DNA of 33,745 nucleotides from a virus. Lineage: Duplodnaviria > Caudoviricetes. This document shows, in pieces, positions 24,701 through 33,500 of the stretch. The stretch spans positions 1 to 33,745 of the IMG/VR virus record IMGVR_UViG_3300037308_000012; one strand, given 5' to 3'. The translations under genes were made by a program, and so were the position numbers. Position 1 is the first letter of the stretch. Each line of letters opens with the position of its first letter. The notes beneath the pieces are model-generated. The model saw nothing but the letters and a program-made list of their open reading frames with translations, did not search any database and was not told the origin of the DNA.

Positions 24701-26786
24701 TGGTTGAGTATCTTGCAACACCCTTAGTCAATCTGAAGTTGTCTAAGTAGGCGTTCAATGGATACGATGAAGCATCTCTACAAACTCCAAACCACAGGGG
24801 TGCGGAATTGATGTAAATGGTGCCAGTCCACACGGTTGATGCCTCTAACGACCCATTTACCCAAAGTCCAAACGTGTTATCTGAGTTTCTCGTGACTGCG
24901 ATATGGTACCATGTTCCAATCACAAGAGATGTCTGCGACTGTAGAGTTACTTCCCATCCTGTTGTGGAGCTATCTCCAATCCAAACCCCCATTTTATTAG
25001 GTGTGCCTGTTGTTTGAATTACAAAGCCAAAAGAGTTAAAAGAAGATCTCCAATCAATAAGGGTTTGATTAGCAGAACTATAGATATGTTTGTACCAAAG
25101 CTCTATAGTAAATGGTCCCGTCGAAATATCATAGTCTGCATTATAAGTGACGGCTAATCTATCACCGCCAGAAGTCCCATCCCAGTAAGCGCATGTTCCA
25201 TCGAACTTACCACCAGAAGACAGTGAGACGTCTACGGTTAGTGTGATTGGGTGCGCTTTAAGATCGTTAGTCAATCCGAAGAACGGATTCTTTGCTGTGT
25301 CGTTAAACTGCATTATCAATGAAGTGTCTGCTAGATATGGATCGCCAGGATTTGCTTCCGCCGTGGGCGGGGTGAAGTCTCCAAAATATCGGCAGTCTTT
25401 TGTGATGCGAATATTTGCCATCCAACCTACAAATGATCTCAAATAGCCAGTAAAGTTATCTGATCCAATCTTAAGCGGGAGTGTAGATGTAAATGATGCA
25501 ACAGGAGTATTCTGTAAGACATCAATAGATTTGAGATGCTTCCCATCCAGATAGGCAGAAACAAAACTCATATTGCTCTCTTTACAGAGTGCTAAATGAT
25601 GCCATGTACCCTTTTCTATAGGAGCCAAGAACGTGTGAAACCAGTCGACGGTCGAGGTTTGATACTCTATCTCTATACCAGCTCCTGTATTCGTGCTTCC
25701 TGATACACGAATAGCCATGCCATTCGTAAAGCTTCCTGAATTTGGCCAACCAAAAGCAATCAAGCATCCTGATCTAAAAGAACTTGACGATACGGGTGAG
25801 TTCCTGTCTATCTTGAACCAGAACTCTATAGTGAATGCAGTGAGCTGATTGAATAAATCAAAGTACCTATGATAAGGTACCGTAAGAAATGTTGCACCAT
25901 TGAAATACAGAGCTGGCTCGCCGAATGGACCTGCAGTGTAATCGAGTCTAGGTCCCTGTCCACCTGCCGAGTAGCAGTCGCCTAAAATCTGATCATAGAT
26001 TCGGGGACCTTTTGGAGTGATCTCAGGAATGGTTTCGGGAGGTGTAAAGTCACCTGTATAGCGAGACACTCCGCGAGTGATACGGATATCGTTAGCGTAT
26101 CCTATTAAGTCATTGCTTCCTGTGGAGGTTGCACCAATGCGAATGCCTGAGGTGTTAGTGACAGGAGTCAGCCAATAAAACGATAAAGCGGATACTCCGT
26201 TGATGTAAACAGTGCACGTGTTATTGACAGAACAAACTGCAAGATGAAACCAGGTGTTCTGAGTGATAGAGTTGTTTGGAGTGTAATGATATACGGATCC
26301 TGCTGCGCCATCCCACACAAAAACTTGCCAGTTCGTGATTTCGACACCAATACTCCAATTTATGTTTCCACTACTAGAACCTCTAAAATCGAAGAGATAG
26401 GATTGCCCTGTCGCATTGCCCACATTAAACCATCCCTCAACAGTGAAGTCTACGCCTTGTAGATTTAGTTCGCTGGAGTATGCAAGATTAAAAAAAGAGT
26501 CACCGCCTTCAAAGTAAATTGCTGGATTACCATTTCTAGTCACAGATGATACTAATGGCGTTCCAGTTTTTGTAATCAGAACGCCACAGTCATCAGAGAA
26601 GAAGTAGCTTGATGTAGGTTGATCAAGTCTCAGGTTAAATGTGACATAAGGAGCATAGGCATCAAGAGCTGTCGATCTCTGATTGATTAGATTAGTGTTG
26701 AGGACGACTGAGTTAGCCAGAGGATCATTGCTGGTTGATTTAGATTTATCGAAGTTGAATATATGCGTAATTTTATTAGTTATCAT
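18768..26786 (-). CDS. Giant LamG/ConA-like repeat tail fibre or adhesin, N-terminal segment (2672 aa)
   Basis: About 12 repeats of YFDG..DY, DFTIE.W, W.H.A..R, ..NG, IG...F.GYIDD.R.TKG.ARY...F..P. ATGA overlap with the upstream gene. Confidence 0.92.
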   Translation of the reverse strand: MITNKITHIFNFDKSKSTSNDPLANSVVLNTNLINQRSTALDAYAPYVTFNLRLDQPTSSYFFSDDCGVLITKTGTPLVSSVTRNGNPAIYFEGGDSFFNLAYSSELNLQGVDFTVEGWFNVGNATGQSYLFDFRGSSSGNINWSIGVEITNWQVFVWDGAAGSVYHYTPNNSITQNTWFHLAVCSVNNTCTVYINGVSALSFYWLTPVTNTSGIRIGATSTGSNDLIGYANDIRITRGVSRYTGDFTPPETIPEITPKGPRIYDQILGDCYSAGGQGPRLDYTAGPFGEPALYFNGATFLTVPYHRYFDLFNQLTAFTIEFWFKIDRNSPVSSSSFRSGCLIAFGWPNSGSFTNGMAIRVSGSTNTGAGIEIEYQTSTVDWFHTFLAPIEKGTWHHLALCKESNMSFVSAYLDGKHLKSIDVLQNTPVASFTSTLPLKIGSDNFTGYLRSFVGWMANIRITKDCRYFGDFTPPTAEANPGDPYLADTSLIMQFNDTAKNPFFGLTNDLKAHPITLTVDVSLSSGGKFDGTCAYWDGTSGGDRLAVTYNADYDISTGPFTIELWYKHIYSSANQTLIDWRSSFNSFGFVIQTTGTPNKMGVWIGDSSTTGWEVTLQSQTSLVIGTWYHIAVTRNSDNTFGLWVNGSLEASTVWTGTIYINSAPLWFGVCRDASSYPLNAYLDNFRLTKGVARYSTNFSVPTEPFPTDSSDTYWSNVALLIPFDEMNQFNDTMRLHDFTPIGNVEISSLQSKFGGRSARFKGTGYLTTPHREDINFIGDFTIEGWIRPESVTGTQIIIRKPDNTTTYPYPAYEIRLSGTSIQFTSYKTNAVNTEMFLNQTFGTVSLNTWHHFAVVRMGNTWKGFLDGVIGWTGYGSLCSFISAQNTLPMVIGGDSVNRLYGYSGYLDDLRITKNVARYVDAFTPPTASHLDYGDGDTLGSLYSGMHLRFNNYLCITEWFDEKGHAITAYGNTTLVFSTISKFGGDCAYFDGSGDYLSTPHATDLSLGTSDFTIEAWIYPTTFATMQWVIVSKGTSGSDGFFFGLGVTTGYLYANMGSTNYISTTAPTLNAWNHVAWTRSGSTNRLFLNGTEAYSFSDSYNINDTGEFRIGRGKSTSVNYATGYIQDVRITKGVARYIANFTAPTEVLPNETDSYWTNTSLLMHMNRTPRAIYDEKGHTLTLNGGVTLSTSQYKWGGVSGYFDGMTSYITTPASSDFTFGTNDFTIECWVYHIGSAPGGGSSYDNLIFGGFSFTPAFVVFLLNSDLAPCLWDGTSQATSSIAISPDTWTHVAWCRSNGTLRVFVNGQLGYENSLTTNWTASTTPYIGKSDNDSTRYFKGYIDDFRLTKGYARYTAAFTPPSQPLPAFSGNPSADYEVLHFPLTGINGNASPSYPDIGLMAYPTTATNMTYSSTVARLPRNGFPAYFNGTSSRITFIPISTQPNSLLLNFQRDWVIEFWMYPTSVGGSNRDILSVDGSASVHFSHGIQITSASKLGVFLAKASSPTTAMSVVSSTSITANTWTHVKIQKIGYSVVLYLNGVYDTTGGLTELPYPPANGRTCYLGCYYTTAEFYQGYLQDFVMRYIQSPDSSYSNKGYALTTFSKTPLLKSSFNESGFFDSVGHTYTINGNAVISTSDKKFGASSAYFTGSSDYITISPLSNFKHFDKDFLIEMWIKTTETSGGEQVVFKQVDSESVRQINIKFGGVSDSHKLMVNIGDPLNEWVTTSLTKTDFSTSFKHLQVQKKATHFSVFVDGVCYGSCSLDRGRAQTRFYDVSQLHFNGADGSTTFTDNGSIPKSYTATGNARIRTANSKFGGASAYFDGNGDYISSASSSDFGFDTGNFTIEFWFNIEGDSAVSTNGIREAGLVYIVGYLKLVLSGNATTTGTKCWLSNEYAADAEMISYTFPAALSKNTWYHFAVTRENSIVRMFLDGVLIASQNMPASFGAGSPVMRIGCQETSGGNAKFFNGYIDELRVSRSCHYSKSFTLPTSPYKDSGDYYYFVTPTSLLIGGDGTNGFKGYIDDLVISQGDGVKRNLTLQTETIPNNSFDCIDLVPNSTMHINKNVVITDELITLNEIKKQDRMVAYFNGNSQIQIEKGPDEWIEYEDFTIEAWVYFLDLGTARSIISTRSAAGYTTILVERAIDNTIGFYITRNGSDWGNIITSATSAYTWYHIAIVRFKETITFYLNSSAVGTYNIGTGSLRMASWGSNYLNIGSSDTYAYFYGYMKGVQIVRGYAKYVGSFIPPTDSLDYFLIDFYRKSVLSFSPPILSHYTLGDTGTTIADCTGEWDLSQVNPSDIDLNQTTLVPYNANKDGCIAFDGGYCTGPSQNVAGKKALSFNFFINTTSSSGTIIEKQGSYKISLQSGKIQAEFNLYGGGTVVSTSDTFVNDGVTHQVTVNLASAYLVEILIDGSLDSYSNFSVIEQIYKNSEILFDGTSNSTMLQLRCNNMIDDCKNLISIYGAVEPAIINDSPFATKSIYLNGNYHLEVPKLHLSRQQTLTSSCYPSAIDFTIELWVKLYQSPTTFLPLIVFGNPTSSVGDETALRVGFSILIEADGLVGIRAGNSSLGGAGAAYYKKGTVTIPTLDWTHIAVTCKDHIIKLYQDGVEQTMTFYNIANYGNNSLINCNVYTTYPLNIGGYNFNNGIMGEGNINAWRAGNIAFDDIRITRGAIYG

Positions 26787-28057
26787 TGTAGTAATGATGT
26801 GTTCCAGTCTTTATCGAGGCTGATCAGGAAGAACCCATAATAAGTAGACCAAAATCCAGCAGGCATATAGACAAATCTCTCTCCTCCAATCGTGATTATC
26901 TCGCCCGACAGGTAACGAGTAGGCAAAGATACAAAGTCATTAAGTGCAACGGCTATTCCTGGCATTTCTCCCCTAATGCTGGTAGCATTATTCTCATCTG
27001 ATATAAGGAATGGTCGATATATGATTACCCTATTAGAATACTCATCAGGTTCTAAGATAGTGTTTTGATTGCCCATCATTACATTTGTTGTAGAGGATAT
27101 AGTGGGCATATTCCAAAGTTTCCATCTCTGAACAGATATTGTGTGATTCTTTTTACTATTTCTAGGACAGAAATTTGTGGTGTATTGATTCATGTATGAG
27201 ACAGCGATGGTATTGTAGAAGGTTGATGACGTATCAACGTCTATTGATAGTCCTGTCGCACCAACATCACCAGGAACATAGCTAATTAGGTCTCCAAAAA
27301 ACATGTTGATTCTAAACCTGTTGTCACTCCCCGATACCGCTTGAGAAGAGAAAAAGAATTGATTGTTGTTGCCAACTAGCACCCAAGAGATGTTAACACC
27401 TGAAGCAGGGAAGTAGATTCCTGCACTTGTAGCTAAACATTTTCTAAAGTTGCCCCCTCTACTTAAATGATTTTTAGGAGGAAAGCCATACAATCCATTA
27501 TCAGCCGCAGATGACATATACTCGTAACCACGGAAGTAAGTTGCCCCAAATTCGAGGTAATTTAGATTGTCTGAATCATCAACTCTTAGAAAATGTCTAC
27601 GGCTTAATGGGTTAAGGCTCTGATATACGGCAACGAAGTTGGATGCATCGTTAAACGGCTTTGACCAACCCAACGGTGCAACCTTCATGGTGATCGTTAT
27701 TCCAGTAATCGTGGTAGACGTTAATCCAGAGTCTGTAGCATCAAACTGGACTTCATTAGCGTTAGGGATAGCAGTTATAGTCCACTCTCCATTGATCGCT
27801 TCTTGGTCAGCACCAGAAATCAGGATAACGGTGTGAATCTTAAGATAGCCATGAGAAGTAGCTGTTGCTGTAGCTATGCCTTGAGCGTCTATGGTTAACG
27901 ATGATAGAGTTACCTGTCCAAATCCTGTAATCAAACAAGCATCCAATAGATTTATAGTTGTTCCCGATGAGATTGAACGGACAGGAGAGTTAGTGTGAGT
28001 TCGTAGTGAATCTACTGAACCGCCACTAAAAATTTTATTTAAAACTGTGTGGGACAT
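26783..28057 (-). CDS. Putative tail fibre-associated structural protein, 424 aa
   Basis: LLDACLITGFG..TLSSL...G.ATAT...APLGWSKPF...AVY.S......LRVDDS is a motif I recall from tail genes of proteobacterial phages and prophages. Tightly coupled to both neighbours. Confidence 0.75.
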   Translation of the reverse strand: MSHTVLNKIFSGGSVDSLRTHTNSPVRSISSGTTINLLDACLITGFGQVTLSSLTIDAQGIATATATSHGYLKIHTVILISGADQEAINGEWTITAIPNANEVQFDATDSGLTSTTITGITITMKVAPLGWSKPFNDASNFVAVYQSLNPLSRRHFLRVDDSDNLNYLEFGATYFRGYEYMSSAADNGLYGFPPKNHLSRGGNFRKCLATSAGIYFPASGVNISWVLVGNNNQFFFSSQAVSGSDNRFRINMFFGDLISYVPGDVGATGLSIDVDTSSTFYNTIAVSYMNQYTTNFCPRNSKKNHTISVQRWKLWNMPTISSTTNVMMGNQNTILEPDEYSNRVIIYRPFLISDENNATSIRGEMPGIAVALNDFVSLPTRYLSGEIITIGGERFVYMPAGFWSTYYGFFLISLDKDWNTSLLQ

Positions 28058-28060
28058 AGG

Positions 28061-28801
28061 TTACCCGACAAAGAAATCTGTAGGAAGAGTCCATTGACTC
28101 TGTAGTTTAGCTTCAAGATCTGTTATCTCAGTTAAGGCATCTTGAAAGATTGCTCTACCATTGAGAGTAATGCCACTAGGTAATGTGAACCCGTCATATT
28201 TAAGCATATTCTGACCCCATTGTTTCTTAATGAGTGCGGCTGCATAAGACTGAAGCCACCAATCATTCCACGTCTCTCGATATGAATTGGGGTCACAAAA
28301 TCGGTAGACTTCAAAAACAATGATGTCGCCTGCCTTGTAGCCATTCATCTCAGATTCAATCTGAATAAAGTTTCTCTTCTGATTAAACGATAACACCTTT
28401 TCTCGGTTGAAGAAATCGTTTACTAGGCTCAAATAGCTCATGCTGACGGTATAGTTGACTATTCCGTCTCCCCATACAACTACCTGGGTACCTATGGTTT
28501 GCATAAGTGACATGTATTCGAGGTTTACTTCCGAGTCTACTCCGCCGATACGGACTACTCTAAGCACGCTATACACCCAGGGATCAACGGGAATGGTTCG
28601 TGACACCATCTCTTGTTCTGTAATGACATGCGAGATATAATCACGGTATGAGCCTTCGTGATGGAACTCCCAATAGATTGCAAGTGCTTCATCGATTCTA
28701 TCTTCTATCTGATCTGGGGTGACATTAATTTGGATTACAGGTGCGCCTAGGCTTCTGAGGCAATAGTTCTTAAGGTCTTCTCGGCAATTGGCATAGGGCA
28801 T
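28061..28801 (-). CDS. gp13: Neck protein (T4 gp13 family)
   Basis: Motifs LKNYCLRSLGAPVIQINV..DQIEDRIDEAL..Y.E.H.EG, WL..YA.ALIKKQWGQN..KY.G..LP.G.TLNG and P.DFFVG. Confidence 0.97.
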   Translation of the reverse strand: MPYANCREDLKNYCLRSLGAPVIQINVTPDQIEDRIDEALAIYWEFHHEGSYRDYISHVITEQEMVSRTIPVDPWVYSVLRVVRIGGVDSEVNLEYMSLMQTIGTQVVVWGDGIVNYTVSMSYLSLVNDFFNREKVLSFNQKRNFIQIESEMNGYKAGDIIVFEVYRFCDPNSYRETWNDWWLQSYAAALIKKQWGQNMLKYDGFTLPSGITLNGRAIFQDALTEITDLEAKLQSQWTLPTDFFVG

Positions 28802-28803
28802 AA

Positions 28804-29145
28804 TTAGTTACCTCTAAGTTCTGGTGGTAACTGATTTCTCTCTTTCTCGCTCTCATAGCTCTTCTTGCAATGGTCAGATTCCCAGAAGAAGATAGTATCT
28901 ATAACTTGTTTCATTACAGGGCACCAATGACAATCGTTGAGACTCCTGCGATATGCGCGGCTACTGATACTTTCATCTGCCCATCCCTTGAAGTAGGTGT
29001 TGACTAGCTGATCATACGCAATGAGCATCTGAAGTCTCCACCACTTTTTGTTTGCAGCAGAATCCGAAGAGAAGAACGACACACCAACAATCATCAATGT
29101 TAGAAGCATAGGTAAAGCAAATAGTACAAGGATTGTAGTAATCAT
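28804..29145 (-). CDS. Conserved phage hypothetical protein with an N-terminal hydrophobic (membrane) segment
   Basis: About 25 hydrophobic residues, then LIAYDQLVNT..KGWADESISSRAYR...IDTIFFWE.DHC..SY..E..R.QLPPE, a recurrent phage motif. Confidence 0.8.
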   Translation of the reverse strand: MITTILVLFALPMLLTLMIVGVSFFSSDSAANKKWWRLQMLIAYDQLVNTYFKGWADESISSRAYRRSLNDCHWCPVMKQVIDTIFFWESDHCKKSYESEKERNQLPPELRGN

Positions 29146-29157
29146 GTCTTTATCCTA

Positions 29158-30345
29158 TTAGGCCGCGTGAGTAATGGCATCACTAACGATGTTCTTTCCA
29201 TTCGGTAAGACCACAACCAGGTAGGCTGTCTTTCCTGCTGTTTCTGTGATGTCTACGTTGAACGCACCCGTTGCATTGGTTGTAAAATTGGCAGCTTTAT
29301 TAGCAATAAGTGGGATAAGAAGACCTGCTGTTCCGATAGCCCAACCACCGCTATGTTCGGTTGATAGTAGGGTGCTTCCGTCGCTATTGTCGCTCAAGTA
29401 AGCGAATACATTGGCGCGGAATGCGATGTTATTACCTTCACTGTCTTTTAATTGAACTGATGCTCTAATCACATCAGCCGCTTCTGCACCAACCGATAGA
29501 GTGCAGTTGGTTATAAGATGCATTCTGAACACTTCATTAATGCCATCAACAGCACTATCTTTGTCTGTAGTCAATAGCTGAGTCAGTGTTCCCATTTCGT
29601 TATCAAGTTCGTTGATTGCTCCAACCAGCGTTGACTTGGTATTCGTTGTTAGTGTTGATAGAGTGCCTATCTCGCCATCCAACTCGTTGAGTGCATCGAC
29701 TACCGTGTCTTTGTCTGTTGTTGTAAGCAGAGTGATAACGCCAATCTCGCTGTCATGTTCATTAATTGCTGCCACGGCACTAGTCTTAGCCGTTGTGGTC
29801 AGACTGGCTATGGTGCCCAACTCTGTCTGAACTTCTGAGACAGCTTCTACCAAGTTGTCTTTTGCTGTGGTGTTCAGAGTTGGTAATGGTCCAATCTTAT
29901 CAACTAACTCGTTAATTGCTCCGACGAATGTGGCTTTATAGGTTGTAGTCAAGCTGCTCAGAGTACCATGCTCGCCATCTAACTCATTAACCGCGGCGAG
30001 TAACGTCTGAGCCGTTGTACTCAGAGTGGCTGTGCCAATCTTATTCTGATGCTCGTTGATTGCAGCGACTAAATTGTTCTTAGCAGTCGTAGTCAGAAAA
30101 GATGGCTCACCAAGTTCATCTTTCAATTCGTTTAACGCATCAACGATAGAATCCTTTTCATCTGTAGCAAGGATAGCTAATGGACCAATGTTGCTGATCA
30201 CTTTGTTAATTGCTTCTACAACAGAGTCACGATCATCCGCAGCAACATTGATGAGAGTGATATCACCCATAAGAGTAGCAATGAGATTGGTTTTATCTCT
30301 CCACTGATAGAAGTAATCATAGGGTACGATTTGTGGAATTGCCAT
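29158..30345 (-). CDS. Fibritin/wac-like neck whisker protein with ~25-aa repeats
   Basis: About ten repeats of G.L..LTT..K...V.A(I/L/V)NEL, N-terminal F.QWRDKTN, located upstream of gp13 where T4 has wac. Confidence 0.7.
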   Translation of the reverse strand: MAIPQIVPYDYFYQWRDKTNLIATLMGDITLINVAADDRDSVVEAINKVISNIGPLAILATDEKDSIVDALNELKDELGEPSFLTTTAKNNLVAAINEHQNKIGTATLSTTAQTLLAAVNELDGEHGTLSSLTTTYKATFVGAINELVDKIGPLPTLNTTAKDNLVEAVSEVQTELGTIASLTTTAKTSAVAAINEHDSEIGVITLLTTTDKDTVVDALNELDGEIGTLSTLTTNTKSTLVGAINELDNEMGTLTQLLTTDKDSAVDGINEVFRMHLITNCTLSVGAEAADVIRASVQLKDSEGNNIAFRANVFAYLSDNSDGSTLLSTEHSGGWAIGTAGLLIPLIANKAANFTTNATGAFNVDITETAGKTAYLVVVLPNGKNIVSDAITHAA

Positions 30346-30346
30346 T

Positions 30347-30553
30347 TTATGTTTCCTTTGGTTGTAATATGTTTAAGACTCTCTGAAGCATGTCTTCTAG
30401 GTTCGAAACCCTCTCTTCGAGAGTCCCAAACCTTTTATGGGTTTTTCTTCTAAGTAGAGCAGCGTTATACTGGTCGTCATTGGTGTTGACGACGTAAGAT
30501 TTGTTGACTTTAACTAGATCAGGTTGGTCTGAAATTCTCTCGTTCATCATCAT
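30347..30553 (-). CDS. Small coiled-coil hypothetical protein
   Basis: DLVK.....VVNTN...Y...L.RR...LEERVSNLEDML. It fills the gap exactly with a GGGGA SD, a pattern typical downstream of VrlC-like genes. Confidence 0.75.
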   Translation of the reverse strand: MMMNERISDQPDLVKVNKSYVVNTNDDQYNAALLRRKTHKRFGTLEERVSNLEDMLQRVLNILQPKET

Positions 30554-30559
30554 CCCCTA

Positions 30560-33500
30560 TTAAGTCACTGCAATGGCTCTAAAGGATTGGAACAACGGCG
30601 GCGTTGCAGGGTTCTTAGCTTTACCTACGATCTTGATCTTGAATGAGCTAAAGCCATCTCCAACTACGTCTTCCCAATCTTCAAGTGTGAACATAGTGTC
30701 TGTTGTATAAACCGCCACTTGCATGTTGCTCATTGTAAGCTCATATTCAACTCTGTCGGTTAAGTCTACCGAATGATGGGTCTTTTCTAATCCGTCAACT
30801 TTCATCCAACGCTTGGTGTCTATGTCAACTCCTTCATATGGTGCAACGATTTTGATCCATAAATCAAAGTCCGCATTGATGTCTTTGTAAACATCGAACG
30901 CAATAACGAGATCCGATGCTGGGTTCTTGAGATTGATGGACTTAGTGACATACTTGTAATTCTCAGAACCATTCATAGGATCACTTTCGCTCTTATAGCG
31001 TCCAGACGCATTAGGCTCTACAGCCAGTTGATCAGAAGTTACCCATTCTACTCTATTGGAGATTGTTGTTATACTGAATGTGTCAGTATTTATTACAGGT
31101 GATATATACTCACTAGGAGAGGTAAACGAAGCATCAACTATAACCATTCTTCCACCAGAACCAAGATTGTCGGCACTGACTAACTTATGAGGCTGTTCTA
31201 AGAACATATCGTTTCCGACCTTAAACTCCTTAGACTCCATTGTCTGATAGTCTTGGGACTGGAACGGACCGTTGATTGGGTTGTGACCAATACCTGTGTA
31301 TTGCCAATTCTCTATCGATCCATAGGGGAGATACGAACCTGCGACATTGAACACCTCATACTTCTCATTAATCTGAATGTAACCTGATTCACCACCAAAG
31401 CGTCCACTGACTGTAGCAGTCGTTCCTGGAATCTGGATAATGAACGTGTCCATGCTATCGGTCTCTACCACAATATGCTGTTTGCACAACTGCTCGAAGG
31501 TAAAGCCATTGACTGCGGCTGGTGGTCCTGAAACGAATGTTCCTGACACTTGATTAAATCTAACAACGCCATTTCCTTGAACAAGATCGCTCTGATAACC
31601 CATTTGAGAAATCAAATAATTATCGTGCATTTGCCAATCCATTTGCTCGCATATCCAATGCTGACCGACAGTATAACCTCCCTTGATGTTCTTCAGCTTG
31701 ATATAGGTGTGGTCTTGATCTATCTTGTAATCGGACACTATAGCAGTCAACGAGTTATTAGCAGTCCTTAAGTTCAATCCTATTTGCATCTGTCCAGAGC
31801 CCTCTGGAATATTGATCTCGATCCAGTTGTTCTCTAAGAGACTAATCGTAACCTTATCTCCTGCGAGTAAGCCATGATCCATAGCATACACTCTGAGGCG
31901 GCTACTTCCCTCTTCTCCTTCAAACGGGTCTCTTCCTAATGCAATGCGCTCTGGAATATGCTCGAATTGGAGGTCTAAAGTTTTCTTCTTGAACTTAGCG
32001 CCATAAAGCTTGTACTTGATATCTTCAAACTGCTCAGCATTCCAAGTCTCACCATTCTGACTTCTGAAGCTACTCTGAATAGACGGTTGAGTTTCTAAAA
32101 TCTTTTCTGGCTGATCTACGATTGTCTGACCTAAATGAGCTACCCAAATCCTAGTTAATGGGCTAAAACCACCGACTACGAAACAGTATGACACTCCACC
32201 TTGAACAAAGATCGGCATACTGAATTCTATATGGAATGGAGTCTTGCTATCCTCGCTAACAAATTCTGCAATTTCTGTCGTAGAATGCTTCTTCTCTCCC
32301 AATACTACGGAAGTTGGATATCCATTGAGCATAGTTCTAATCTGGAAGAACAATTCTTCGGGGACTTCAACATCGGCGGTTTGGAAATAGACGTCTAAAC
32401 CTGTAATAAAGCAGTCATAATCAATCTTGAATCCTTGTGCGACTGGATCACGGCATCTTCGTCCTGCTGGATTACAGGAGCATCCTGCAATACAGGTCTG
32501 GGATCCCGCACTCCAAACAAAACATGCAGGATTAGCACACTGTCCTATCGTCATTGTACTAGTACTGGTTACTGTTTGATTATCGACAAGATTCTGAACT
32601 TCTAAAGTAGGCGTTATCACATTCATTGTGGTCTTTTGCTTTGTTACGTCTAAGCCACCACTAAAGAACATCGCTTCTGCCGATGCCCACTCAGCATCAG
32701 GATCGCCTGTGAGATCTTTGTCCGTTGTGATTTTGAATATTCTGTCTCCAGTATGGAATATACCTTCTGGAACGCTAAACACACCAGCAAGTTGTCCTTT
32801 TGCATCAGTAATCAATTGCTCTCCAGGGCGTCCTTTTAGAGAGCGGACATACTCAGTTACCGGTTTTTTGTCAAAGAACGCCCAGAGTTTTGTATTCCCA
32901 GCCAGCTTAGTTGCGAAGAACGTAATATCAATAGGGCGCATCCAAGGATTGAGTGACACATCGGTAACTCTATCACCCATGTCATATGAGTCAGTCCTAC
33001 TCCCAACGGTGGTTAGAGTGCCAGTTCTTTGCTGTTGAGTCGTGATCGTGGACGTGGTCGTGGTTACAGTCGCAGGTACGTTAGAAGTAGTTTGTCTAGT
33101 TGATACATCCTGAACAACGGTCCTATTTAAGTCTACCCAAGACCCCCACTTAGTACCGAGAACTTTAGCAGCGTTTGCTAATTGAGTAAACGCATCGACA
33201 CCTGTGTCTACATTAACGACAAGGTCAGGAACACGAGTTGTATCTGTCCAGACGTCAGTGTTAGGCATCAGTACTATTTGACCAGAACGCTTGAATTGAA
33301 AGTATGGGTTAATGCTGATGTGCTTTGTTGCGTATGGCTGTTCGTCGATTTGTACGCTATCATAATCGATGATTGCCATCTTACCTATAAATTTAGCATC
33401 GCAATTGGTTAGGACTGTTTGGAGTTTCTTGTTGCGCGGAGTAAACATCGGACGAAGTTCTCTCTGCTTAGTGTCTAATGCTGCCCTAAAATCAGAGTTA

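Noticed and set aside
13120-28057. Diversity-generating retroelement acting on the LamG fibres
   Set aside because: No reverse transcriptase in the window, and I saw no near-identical template/variable repeat pair. A self dot plot would be needed to exclude this fully.
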